From: Podarcis erhardii
Lineage: Eukaryota
Length of the DNA: 64,000 bases
Assembly (NCBI GenBank): GCA_964252035.1
Contig: OZ176204.1
Strand: one strand, 5' to 3'
Made by a program: the position numbers and the translations under genes. This document shows positions 38,556 to 50,778 of this stretch, in pieces. Position 1 is the first letter of the stretch; each line of letters begins with the position of its first letter. Below the pieces are notes generated by a model that did no database searches, was not told the DNA's origin, and saw nothing but the letters and a program-made list of their open reading frames with translations.

Positions 38556-41318
38556 ATGGTTTTTTGTTTGTTTGTTTGTTCACAATTTGCACTGAGGATG
38601 AGCACTAGCTTCGTATGGAAGTCTTGCCTTCCTATTACACAAATGGGGCTTGGGTAGCCAACATGATGTTCTCTAGATGTTGCTGGAATACAATTCCCAG
38701 CAGCTCCAACATAGATGGCCAATGGTCAGGGATGATGGGAGTTGCACACTCCCCCAAGAGGAACAAGACCTTTGCCAGGGGCATTAGCCTTGCACAGGCC
38801 ACTGTTTTGCACCTCTGCTGCCATGGGGAAGGTCTGCGGCTGAGAGACAGAGCAACAGCAGGTCCAGGGGGCTCTCGTTCGTGGGCCTACTTCTGACATG
38901 TGGGTCCTTGGTAGGTGCCTGACCATGCTGCCCCTTGGTGCTGGCTATAATGGTAGAGCTTGTAAGTTGTTGACACTTCCTTAGTATCAAGGACTTGGCA
39001 ATTTGAGGACTTGCCCTGGGTAGCTCCTTAGTCCTTTAATTTCAGGGTCTTGGATGCTCTATCAAACAATTCCTCATTCCTGGTACCTATTCTTGGACCC
39101 AGAAACATTATACTGGCCCTCCTTGTTTGCACTTTGTTTACAGCACTTGACTGGTATAGTCACAAAAGTAAAGATGGGCTGTGTACACAGCATACATTTA
39201 AAGTAACCCCCTCGCCCCAAGAATCCTGGAAACTGTAATTTCCCACTTGCAGAGATAAAGTTCTTGGCACCTTAACAGACTACAATTCTCAGGATTCTTG
39301 CTGGGAAGGGATGTGTTTTGCATGTGTTTTCAATGTATGATAGGTACACAGCCATAGGATACTCCCGCTCAGTAAAGTGCTAATTTAGGACTAAAGGACA
39401 CAACTAATTAATAAGTGTTAAAGTCATGATTGAAAACTAATTGCTGCACTACAAATGTGATAAAATCTGAGTTTTTCTAGGTAGACCTTTAAAAGGCTGT
39501 ACAAATATAGAACAGCAGAATTCAAATCAGGAAGAACATTTAGAAAAAAACTCACTGTGGCAGAGGAACAAAAATAACTGGCACCTCTAGTGATATTTTT
39601 CCTATATCCCCTGCTCTTCTTTGTGCACTTGGAACAAGTCAGAAACCATTATATAGTTTTGTTTGAACTCTATACAAATACTGAAGAGAATAGGAAGAAT
39701 TTCTGACTCAGAAATTGGATAGTCACAGCTTGAAATGTACATAAGTTACAAAAAATGTTTTTCATGGAGAACATTGCAGATAGTAGCTTGAAACTCAAAT
39801 GAATTAAAAATATATATAGAAAAGTACTTCAAAATTGTCTAAGGGTTTGGGGTAGTTTCATTATTGATCTGTATCTTTCTAAAGCTTCTTGATAGACCAT
39901 GAAGCATGTTTGAAATTCTTTGTGTGAACAAATACATTTTGTTGTCTATTCATAGACTGTTTCGATTGAGATTCCCAATCATAGCTCCCTGCCCTTAAGA
40001 TCTGAAACAAGATGAAAGCTAAACCTTGAGCTGACATTATCCACGCAACTTGAGGACAGATTTACTGCACTTTCTCCCTATATATAGTGGTGGCTGATAA
40101 GGGATTTAAATGGACCTCTGCCATTTAAGAGGCTTCATATATTACACAACATCGAGAAACTGTGAGTGGCTCACAATTCCAATAGTCATACTTCCTGTGT
40201 GACTGCAAATGGCACCACAACAAGGTAGGAAAAAGAAACACATACACAATGAAAATTGGCAATGGCATGGGTCCATTTGTGCTTCCAACACCTTGAGTCT
40301 ATAGACAACAGAGGTTTTAGAAGTGGGCTGTATTCTGGTGAAGTGAATTAACTCTGCATTTCCATCAAAGGAAGCCCAATCTCCAGCATTGTACTTTATT
40401 TTTTCCCATAAATTAAAAGCAGCTCTGCCAGAGCACTGTAAATTCCCTCCTCACAGAGATGCATCTGGTAACTTCGTTATGCAGTTTTCAATGAATGCTG
40501 GCTTTTGAAACTTGAGATGTATATTTTTAGGACCCACACTATTTTTGTGATTGTAAGTTGTTTCACACTGTTTTTAACATTGTGTGTTAATTGCACTACG
40601 TAATAAATTAGTACAAGCAGGAGGAGGAGCAGGAGCATGAACCAAACCTAATTTTTCCCACCCCTAGGACAGGCCCAGGAGCTGAGTAATTCCAGGCCAA
40701 AGATATCCTTAAACAGCAGTGGCTATAAAATATGGGTGTTATAGGGATGTTATACAGGGTTTGTCACACACTCTGGATGTAATCAGAAAACAAGGAGGTG
40801 ACAGAGAGGAGGTGATGAGGTGATGGAATTGTCAGCAGCTACGGTGAAAGGTTGAAGAGGCAGGTGAAAGAGGTCAGATGGGAAAAGATAAGCAGAGATA
40901 ATAAGAGAACAAATACGGGGTGCAGAAGATGGTTCATGTACAGAAAGCTTTATCAAGAGTGACAGAGAACTCTATTATCTTGCATAATAGCTTCTCCAGG
41001 GAAGTGCCAGGAGACCACTTCTCAAAATGTTTAAAGCTACACAGGACGCAGCAGAAACAGAAATGACTTGCTTTAGAAACCTATCAATGGTTTTTAAACG
41101 ACAAGACGGTATCTGCATAATGAAGGAGACAAATCGCTTTCTTCAATTATCTCCACTTCTATTATCTGCCTATGATATCCAGAATAACATAGTGTTATGC
41201 GTTTCTTGCTTCCCAACTGGTGAGAGGTTCCAGGGGCAGCGCTACAAAGTTGTTTCCTTCGGATGAGAGAAGATGGGATCTTGATTGTAACAATTTGCTA
41301 CATTGGAAGCCGTTTGAC

Positions 41319-41571
41319 CAGGAGTAGGCAACCTAAGGCCCGTGGGCCAGATGCGGCCCAATCGCCTTCTCAATCCGGCCTGTGGATGGTCTGGGAATCA
41401 GCGAGTTTTTACATGAGTAGAATGTGTGTTTTTATTTAAAATGCATCTCTGGGTTATTTGTGGGGCATAGGAATTCATTCTTCCCCCCCCCCAAAAAAAT
41501 ATAGTCCGGCCCACCACATGGTCTGAGGGACGGTGAACTGGCCCATGGCTGAAAAAGGTTGCTGACCCTTG
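41319..41571. mobile_element. hAT (Charlie-like) MITE
   Basis: TIR caggagtaggcaacct / aggttgctgacccttg; perfect 8-bp TSD cgtttgac at 41311-41318 and 41572-41579. Confidence 0.9.
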
Positions 41572-43732
41572 CGTTTGACATTCCCATGGCAAGTAGCAAA
41601 CTGAAATGAATTAGGCTCATTCGTTTAGTTTCCGATTTAGTTCTAAAACGAGCACACACTCCTCATACACACAAAAATTACTCCACGTTACATTGGTGCT
41701 AGAATGGAGGAGGTGAACATGATGCCTTCCAGATGTTTTGGAATATAGCTCCTTTCAGCCCCATCCTCAAGCCATTGACCGAGGATGATGGGAGTTGTAG
41801 TCCAAAACATGTGGAGGAATCAGTGCTGGTTACCACCGTGCTAGAAGCACAGAATAAGGGAGACTGAACCGACAGAGATATCATTCGGGGAGGTCAGCTT
41901 TAAAACCAGTTTCGCTTCATTTGACAAGTTCATTTAAGTGTGCTCCACAATATAAGCAACAACATATTTGGTATATTGAGCAGCAAATATAAACATTGGC
42001 AACCAAGGAGTTAAGAAGGTCCAAAAGCAGCAAGAGAATTAGCTGTTGCTAAAACAATTTTATGGTCTTTTCCACTTGACTGGAGGTAGTTTGTATGGCT
42101 GACTAGAATCTATTCAATGCTGTCAAACATCTAACACTCCCATAGCTAGGCGCCTTACAATGAATAACAAGCAGTCTAGCTGCCAATATGCTGGGGCTGC
42201 ATTTTTCATCAGGGACTGGACCCTAACCCAGCAACACTCTAAATTCATTGTTTGATGCCTTGTTAATTTATGAGACCAACAATTTGCTGCAACAGACAGA
42301 AGCGCCAACTGAAATTCACTGGCTTACAGCCAACTAGGCCATACTCAGAGTAGACCTACTAAAAACAATGGTCCGTTGACTTCAATGGGTCTACTCCAAG
42401 TAGAACAAACACTGGTGTGTGTTATTTATATTAATTTCCTTCTATTTTTGAGCCCACCATTCATTGTAAACAAGCCCAGCATTGGTTATAATGTAAAATC
42501 AACAGAAAACTAATTAACGACACAAAATACATTCTCTAAATAGAATCAAAACACTTTTAAACATCAGATAAAAATTTATTCAGACATAATTATGCAGCAG
42601 CTGGGAGACACTATAGCCAGCCACAGCAAAAATCCCCTATGCAGAATCCATTAGATACTCTAAACTTTCTGTTTGCATTTCGTTTGCCACTTGGCAGGCT
42701 GGAAAGGGATTTGGGGTGGGGTGGACAGTGCACTACATGTTCCTGGGAATCCTGGTGCTAAATCATCAGGTAAGAGCACCAGGAAGGAAGCACTCAGCCA
42801 CCCATGTGATATAGGCCTTTTTGTTTTGGGGAATATTTATTTTGACAATCAAGTGACTTAAGGTCCAAGGGCAACACTGCTTCCTGTGTCCTGAATGGAG
42901 CCAGAAGGTACTGTAATAGTTTACCAGCCAAGACGATTTCCAGTGCATGCTGGGAATCCCCATCAGCAGGAGGAAAAGTATCTTTAATGGACTGGCCCTG
43001 CAGCAAGCCTTCGACCAACATCCCTGGATTTTCTCAGCGCAGGGCTGGCCAAGGGAAAAAATGGCACATGGCCAAAGAATGCAACTGAAACACTCCAAGG
43101 AGAATGCATGTTGGAGTTCCATTGCTAGCATATAATTCATTAAAACTTTTATTTTCTCTAGCTGCAAATTCATGATGGATTGCACTATTTTATTTGTAGC
43201 ACCTCAAGAGTGATTGGCTACTACACTACTTGCTGACAGCACATGGTGATTATCTGAACTGTGTGAGGTTCGGGGAAAGAAGCGACTAAGCTTTGTTCTC
43301 AGCGTTCTCCCAAAGTGTCCAGGAGTACTTTACAACGCTGTTCGGCCCACTTAATAAAGCTGTTCATTACCAGCTGGCAAGTACTGTAAATTCACTCTAA
43401 ACAAAGTTACGTTCTTCACAGGGTGGCTATTTCCGTTTCAGATTTGGAAGATTTGCTGCACATTAGTTTAAGGTTGTATGACCTGTCTGAAATTTCCAAG
43501 TTCTCGAGCTATTCACCTCAGGATGTAGCAACTGACAATGCAATTTTGCTCTTGGAATTGCATCTTCGATTCTAGGTGCTCTCAAGAAACCACCTGAATT
43601 ACCATCCTAGTCAGAATTGAGACTCTGAAAAACTCAGATTACCTTGCTTCTGGGAAAGATGTGCAGGGCAGTGGACAGGGTCCTTGATTCACATGGAGGA
43701 AAGCCTGCTTAAATCCTTGCTCAGTCATAAAC

Positions 43733-43892
43733 CAGGCATGTCCAAAGTCTGTTTCCGGGGGCCTAATCCGGCCCCTGTGGCAGGGGTAAAATCCTAAAAA
43801 AAACCCTCAACAACTTCAATCCTTTGGTCGGCCCTCACGACCCTTCACTTCATCAAATCTGGCCCTCTTTGAAAAAAGTTTGGACACCACTG
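43733..43892. mobile_element. hAT MITE
   Basis: TIR caggcatgtccaaa / tttggacaccactg; TSD tcataaac / gcataaac (7 of 8). Confidence 0.8.
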
Positions 43893-46499
43893 GCATAAAC
43901 CATTTTTTGGTGGTCTTGGGCAAATAAATGTTAACCAAATCTATATCATAGGGTTGTTGTGTAGATGCCCATGCATCTTTAAGTGCTAAAAAGGGGGTGA
44001 CTAACCTGTAGCTCTTCAGACATTGCTGGACCACAACTCTTATTATCCTAATTAATTGTCATAATGGCCACGGTGGCTGATGGGAGATAGAGCTGAACAA
44101 CACCTGGAATCCCACAGGTTACCTACCTCTGTGCTAAATAAATAAAGCTAAACTACTGATCAGTCTCAGACAGGTTTGGTGGATATCTACATTTGTCAAG
44201 CTCAAGCTTAGGACTTAGGCTGGGTCTCAAGCCCATTCAGCTCAGTCACGTGACCCAGCAACCCAGTGTAAGTTAAGGCAGCAAAAAGGGTGGTGAAACA
44301 TTTATTCTAAAGGCTTGTTTTCCTTCAGCCAGGCTTAGGCTGGTTCAGACAGCTGTAACCCTCCTCCTGAATGGAGTTTGTATCTGGAGTTATTTACGCT
44401 ATCTTAACTTAAACTGGAATAATTTATGCTGGCTTCCCCTATTTAGGATTGTTGACGTATACTTTTTTAAAAATGCTGATAGATGCCTAACCAACATTTC
44501 TTGGCACACCTCAAAAGAAGGCAACCTTCTGAAGCAGCTCCTTTGAAAGGGAAAGGAAAGAAGAACCTAGAAAAGGGATGGGACCTCTTCTTCTCCAGAT
44601 GTTGTGTATCAGGACTGATAGTAATGACCCAATGCCACCTGGAAGAACAAAAGGTCCACATCCCTGACATAAGGAGTTCAGAATCATGACAGAGGTGAGA
44701 TTGCTCCTGCTGACTCACAAAACTGCACCAGGCCTCCTAATCCTGACTATCCCTACATTCATTTGGTTATGCAAGCATTTTGTTCTCACATCCAGTTATC
44801 TTCATTGGTGGCAATGGTAGGACCTGGAAGAAGGCCTTGTTGTGGTTTTGACTTGATTCCCACAGTCCTCTTCTGCTGTCTGCTAACGCTACTGTCAGGT
44901 ATGAAGAATATTAGAGGATAAAGATAGGGAGAAATATTATCATCTGTGCTTTTTGTGTGTGATGGTAGTCTTTCTTTTCTTTCCATGGTAGCCATTTTGT
45001 GCTGGCACCCATGACACTTTTATCAAGATATGAATACCAGCAGCTGAGTTTTTATAAAGAAAAATGCACTGATTTATAATAGTATAATATTTCATTAAAA
45101 AAGACACTCTGCATTGCCATAATAAATATCATCTATCTTACTTAATATCTTACTTAATTTTGAGTACTGTATCTCCTTAAGCTTCAAGAAATCCAAGCAA
45201 AGAATTACTATTCATACCACTTCTTAAAATTAACATATTTTAATAAAATGACTGAAAAGTCCATCTACTATATTATTTCTCCCTGCTGTAATTGGATGCA
45301 ATATATTATTGATAATTTTGAATTGCTAGCCCGTCAGATGCCAAAGTATAGCAGACGTCTCCAGTGCAATTAATTTTTATTTTGTATATTTGTCAAGATC
45401 AATACTTATGGCTTGGCTTTCATTCTCGCAAAGTCATCTTAATCCCACTCTGCAAGGGTGTAATTTACTTTCTGTCCAGAGCTGATCGGCAGAGCCAAGC
45501 TATAATGAAGCCTCTGAGCAAATGAACATGGAAATCTTGAAGGGATAATGGGACTTTCTTGGAGGCTAGTCTTTCAGTGAATTCATGGAGGGAGGGAATT
45601 GGAATGCCCTGCTCTCAGACTTTATGAATTTAACTGAAGGCGGAGTCAGGGCCGAGATACATTCAACTATATAAGCATATCATGTGTGGCGCCTGTAAGG
45701 ATCACTGAGGACTTTGTTTTTTGCAGGGTCTCCTATATATGGCTATAACTTCTGCATATACACCAGACAACTGGTATGAGTATAGTCTCTATTCAGATCT
45801 TTGCCTGGACTAATTAGAGCGGAGCTAAAATTAGCTGGAAGACAATTTTCTGAGACTATTACTTAGATTTTTCTCACCTCACCATAGAAAATGCTACTTT
45901 GCAAATTCTTCTCCAAATATTGTCCAACTTTTGGGAGAGTGGCGGCGGCAGCTGCCATTTCCCAACTAGAGGATTGTGGGAAATTGTGGCCAGTCCGCCA
46001 ACACAGTTTCAGCCACTTGTGGGTGGGGATGTTGGGGGCTTAGGAAAGAAAGAAAGAGCAACTGTCATTCCTAATAGTGAGCCCCAGCCCTGAGAAACTG
46101 TTGGGAGAATTTCTACTCCTCCTGGAGAAATGTAATGAAAAGTCACACACACACCAAATTCTTTCAAATTGGGTGGGTTTTGATGGGCCATTTCAGCACA
46201 CCTCTAGAACATATGGAAGTTATGAGCTGGGCAAGAGATAGGGATGCTTGAAGAACTTTATCTTTGCAATTCTAAGTGAGGTCATCCTTACCTCCCAGAC
46301 TAATGCACAGATCGTATCTTCCCAAACATATAAATAAATCAAAAGACACTTTGAAAAGTGTATTTTGACAGAAAGTATGTTAATCATATATACTTAAAGA
46401 GCGCTTTTCTGCAGTCGTGAGGATTTAACACATTGGGAGACAGAGTGTGAAAATGGACAGAATGCATGTAACATGTGCAAAAGTGACATAGAGTGGAAA

Positions 46500-46766
46500 G
46501 AAGAACCTAAGAAGAGACTACTAGATCAGGCCAATGGCCCACCTAGTTTAGCATCCTGTTCCCACAGTAGCCAACCAGATGTCTGTGGGAAACCAGGAAG
46601 CCAAATGCAAGCCCAAGAGCACTCTACCCTCCAGTGGCGTTGAGCAGCTGATATTCAGGAACATTACAGGCTCCAACAGTGGAGGCAGAGCACAGCCACC
46701 ATGGCTAGCAGCCATTGATAACCTCATTCCCCATGAATATAATGATTTGCCAATCTTTCGTCCAAG
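46500..46766 (-). mobile_element. CR1-type 3' end of a second, older family
   Basis: ctagatcaggccaatggcccacctagtttagcatcctgttcccacagtagccaaccagatg; related segments at 55585-55862 and about 11065-11118. Confidence 0.6.
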
Positions 46767-47345
46767 ATAGTGAGTGTAATCCCAGTCAGTTTCCCTCAGA
46801 GTGATTTCTGAATGTCTTAAAGCGATGGTTAGGTACACATATCCTTAACATCAATAACCCCAAATCAAATGAATATACAGAATATTATGTTTAATGTCAG
46901 AAATCCTAGTCAGTTTTAGTGACAGTTCATTTAGATGATTAAAAGCATTGTCTTAAATTAGTGGGGAAATCATTCTGATGAATCTTTAATATGCTGAAAC
47001 GTTCTGAATTTTGACATATCTTGAACAACTACTTCTGAAACTTAGCAGACCATTTGAATCACTAATTTTGGTCCCTAACTGGATAAGTGAAAAGTTCATA
47101 AAATGGGGGGGGGGGAAGCTGATGCAAAGTTTTTACAAATCAGCTCATTTAAAGGTTCAGGAAAACACGTTACAAACATTATTGCAGCTAAAATACATTA
47201 TGTTAAGAAGCCACAACCTAAATGAAAGCCTCAAAAATGCAATTTCGTTATTCTGTGAGAATTCAACAAAATGCACAAAGGAAATTTAGGATCCCTTTCC
47301 AGTATTTTCCCATCTCTAGGAATGGCTCCCCACCATCCCGTCTGA

Positions 47346-48017
47346 AGCCTGTAAGTTAGCCAAATGTCTCTTTGGAAAGTATGGGAGAGAAGGAGCATGG
47401 GGCCAGAGGCAAGAGATGGACTGGTAGTCAGGCAAATACGAAGCAAAAGGCCAGAGGCCATTCCCCCGGCAGAAAAGTACATGGCAGTGGAGGGTTGAAG
47501 AGGGCGGAAGCAGAAGTGAAATCAAAGGCAACTAGGGTCATGATCCAAGGCAGCCATTAGGAAAAAGAGGCAAAAGTCCTCATGTCCAAGACAAGTTGCT
47601 TGGACTAATAAACTGACTTTCCCTTAAGGGCATTATAGGGCCAAGTGTATCTTGATAGGTGTGGAGAGTCAGGTGATGTTATGCAGATAAGTAGATGAAT
47701 TAACTTATTTCCGGCTGGAACCAGAAGGACTTTGTGTTCCTTGAAACCGAGTCTACCTGACCTCCTGAGGCTCTAGCATGAAGACTTTCTCTAGCCTGGT
47801 CCTTTTCCTTGACCACTGCTTTAGATGTTCACTTTGGGCTGCCTTAGACTACATACCTGCTTCTGGATCTCCTGCCCTTTTGTTGCGGCCTTGAATATAG
47901 ACTTCTGCCTTACTTTGACTACACACCTTTAACTGGCCCCAGTGATCCTGTTTTGCTGCTCTAGAGCTTGACTTTGAGCTACACACCTCCTTCTCACCAG
48001 ATTCCAAGGTCCTGACA
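47346..48017 (+). mobile_element. Candidate solo LTR
   Basis: Ends ...tcctgaca and is flanked by tctga at 47341-47345 and 48018-48022; AATAAA near 47607. The canonical TG start is offset by 4 bp (tgtaag at 47350). Confidence 0.35.
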
Positions 48018-48119
48018 TCTGATTGCCTACAAAGCTTTGCCCCACTGAGGTCCGGCAAGTTCAGAGGCAGTGAAACATCACCTTTTATTGGAGCAAATGT
48101 ATTGGACCTTCATGACACT

Positions 48120-50370
48120 AAGTAAAAGCGAAACGAAAGAAGTGCCATGGTCAGATCACTTCCTGGTGCAACTGGACTTCTCTGCGACCCATCCCCTCTG
48201 CAGGGAGGTGGGACCGATTCGGATGGTCCGCCCCCGCCACTTAATGGATCCAAATTGTTTCCAGAGAGTGGTAGGGGATGTTTTACCCCAAGTTGATGGC
48301 CTTTCAGCTGATTCCCTGGTGGCCCGCTGGAATGTGGAGTTATCCAGGGCTATTGACCGTTTGGCTCCGAAGCGCCCTCTCCGATTGCATGGAGCCCGGA
48401 CAGCCCCGTGGTTTTCCACGGATCTGAGGGCAATGAAACAATCGTTGAAACGGCTAGAGCGCCGGTGGCGGATAACTCATTCCAAATCTGACCGGACACA
48501 GGTTAGAGCTCAACGTTGAGCCTACCAAGTGGCGATAGCGACGGCGAAGAAGACTTTCTTCGCCGCCTCTATTGCATCTGCAGAAAACAGCAGCAGGAGA
48601 CTTTTTCAGGTGGTTCACAATTTAGCGGAACCACCTGCGACATCGGGGCCCAGTACGGGCCACATGATCTCCTGCAATGATTTCGCAAAGTTTTTTGCAG
48701 ATAAAATCGCTCAGATTCGGGAAGAAGTAGACTCCACCGTGGGAGCAGGGCCAGGGCGGGAGAGTGCTAGAGTCCTGTCTAGTCAAGTTGTGTGGGATCA
48801 ATTCCAATCTGTTACCTCCGAGGATGTGGACAGGCTGCTTGGACGAGTGAAGCCAACCACCTGTCTCCTGGATCCTTGCCCATCCTGGCTTATAAAAGCT
48901 AGCCGGGAAGGACTGGGCGATGGGCTTCGTGGGGTGGTGAATGCTTCCCTCTGTGAGGGAGCCTTCCCAGACCCGCTGAAAGAGGCGGTTATTAAACCGC
49001 TTCTTAAAAAACCATCTTTAGATGCGGCCACGATGGCCAACTATCGCCCAGTCTCAAATCTTCCATTCTTGGGCAAGGTGATTGAGCGACTGGTTGCTGA
49101 ACAACTCCAGGCACGCCTGGAAGAAGCGGACCATTTGGATCCCTTCCAGTCGGGATTCAGGCCTCATCACGGGACTGAAACTGCCTTGATTGCACTGGTT
49201 GATGATCTCCGGCGGGCTAGGGACAAAGGTGAGAGCTGTTTCCTAGTTCTGCTGGATCTCTCAGCGGCGTTTGATACCATCGACCATAACATCCTTCTGA
49301 ACCGTTTTGAGGGGCTGGGAGCTGGGGGCACTGTCATACAGTGGTTCCGCTCCTTCCTCCTGGGCCGTGTTCAGAAAGTGGTGGTGGGGGATGAGTGTTC
49401 AGACCCCTGGGCTCTCACTTGTGGGGTGCCTCAGGGTTCTGTCCTCTCCCCCATGCTTTTTAATATCTATATGAAGCCACTGGGAGAGATCATCAGGGGG
49501 TTTGGGCTGGGTGTTCATCAGTATGCGGATGATACCCAGCTCTACCTCTCTTTTAAATCAGAACCAGTGAAGGCGGTGAAGGTCCTGTGTGAGTGTCTGG
49601 AGGCGGTTGGAGGATGGATGGCGGCTAACAGATTGAGGTTGAATCCTGACAAGACAGAAGTACTGTTTTGGGGGGACAGGAGGCAGGCAGGTGTGGAGGA
49701 TTCCCTGGTCCTGAATGGGGTAACTGTACCCCTGAAGGACCAGGTGCGCAGCCTGGGAGTCATTTTGGACTCACAGCTGTCCATGGAGGCACAGGTCAAA
49801 TCTGTATCCAGGGCAGCTGTTTACCAGCTCCATCTGGTACGTAGGCTGAGACCCTATCTGCCTGCAGACTGTCTCGCCAGAGTGGTGCATGCTCCGGTTA
49901 TCTCCCGCTTGGACTATTGCAATGCGCTCTACGTGGGGCTACCTTTGAAGGTGACCCGGAGAATACAACTAATCCAGAATGCGGCAGCTAGACTGGTGAC
50001 TGGGAGCGGCCGCCAAGACCATATAACACTGGTCTTGAAAGACCTACATTGGCTTCCAGTACGTTTCCGAGCACAATTCAAAGTGTTGGTGCTGACCTTT
50101 AAAGCCCTAAATGGCCTCGGTCCAGTATATCTGAAGGAGTGTCTCCTCCCCCATTGTTCTGCCCGGACACTGAGGTCCAGCTCCGAGGGCCTTCTGGCGG
50201 TTCCCTCACTGCGAGAGGCCAAGTTACAGGGAACCAGGCAGAGGGCCTTCTCGGTAGTGGCACCCGCCCTGTGGAACGCCCTCCCATCAGATGTCAAAGC
50301 AATAAACAACTACCTGACATTCAGAAGACATCTGAAGGCAGCCCTGTTCAGGGAAGTTTTTAATATGTGA
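48120..50370 (+). pseudogene. L2 ORF2 (endonuclease C-terminus plus reverse transcriptase), one in-frame stop
   Basis: ORFs 48070-48519 and 48529-50370 are in the same frame, split only by TGA at 48517-48519. Motifs: YRPVSNLPFLGKVIE, QSGFR..HGTETAL, LDLSAAFDTIDH, GVPQGSVLSPMLF, QYADDTQLY, NPDKTE. Confidence 0.92.
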
Positions 50371-50458
50371 CATTTTAGTGTATTTTTCATCTTTGTTGGA
50401 AGCCGCCCAGAGTGGCGGGGGAAACCCAGCCAGATGGGCGGGGTACAAATAATAAAAA

Positions 50459-50511
<53 letters not shown>

Positions 50512-50512
50512 C
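48120..50512 (+). mobile_element. L2 LINE, 5'-truncated and young, with (att)n tail
   Basis: Endonuclease C-terminal SDH motif, the full RT domain and a 3' UTR, ending in (att)n at about 50458-50510. Confidence 0.95.
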
Positions 50513-50702
50513 ATGAGTTTCTTATTGAGACTCAGATGTTCTGACTAGGACAGCCCCACCCAGCCACAGCAAGCTGACCCAATCTAATGCACATCCCTAA
50601 TTCTGACCAGTGACAACCATTCTAGCATTTTAGAAATACCATGATAAAATAAAAACAAATTCCTTCCAGTAGCACCTTAAAGACCAACTAAGTCAGTTCT
50701 TG

Positions 50703-50740
50703 GTATGAGCTTTCGTGTGCATGCACACTTCTTCAGATGT
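50703..50740 (-). ncRNA. Minimal type I hammerhead ribozyme motif, minus arm
   Basis: Minus strand reads acat-CTGAAGA-a-gtgtgcatgcacac-GAAA-gc-TC-atac. The AGCT stem III palindrome is intact; stem I is cut to 2 bp by the inversion junction. Confidence 0.7.
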
Positions 50741-50778
50741 GTATCTGAAGAAGTGTGCATGCACACGAAAACTCATAC
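50741..50778 (+). ncRNA. Minimal type I hammerhead ribozyme motif, plus arm
   Basis: gtat-CTGAAGA-a-gtgtgcatgcacac (stem II)-GAAA-ac-TC-atac. Stem I is gtat/atac; the stem III palindrome AGCT is altered to AACT. Confidence 0.75.

Noticed and set aside
46971-47010. Hammerhead-like CTGATGA...GAAACGTT
   Set aside because: Stem II and stem I do not pair convincingly, so this is chance or a heavily decayed copy.
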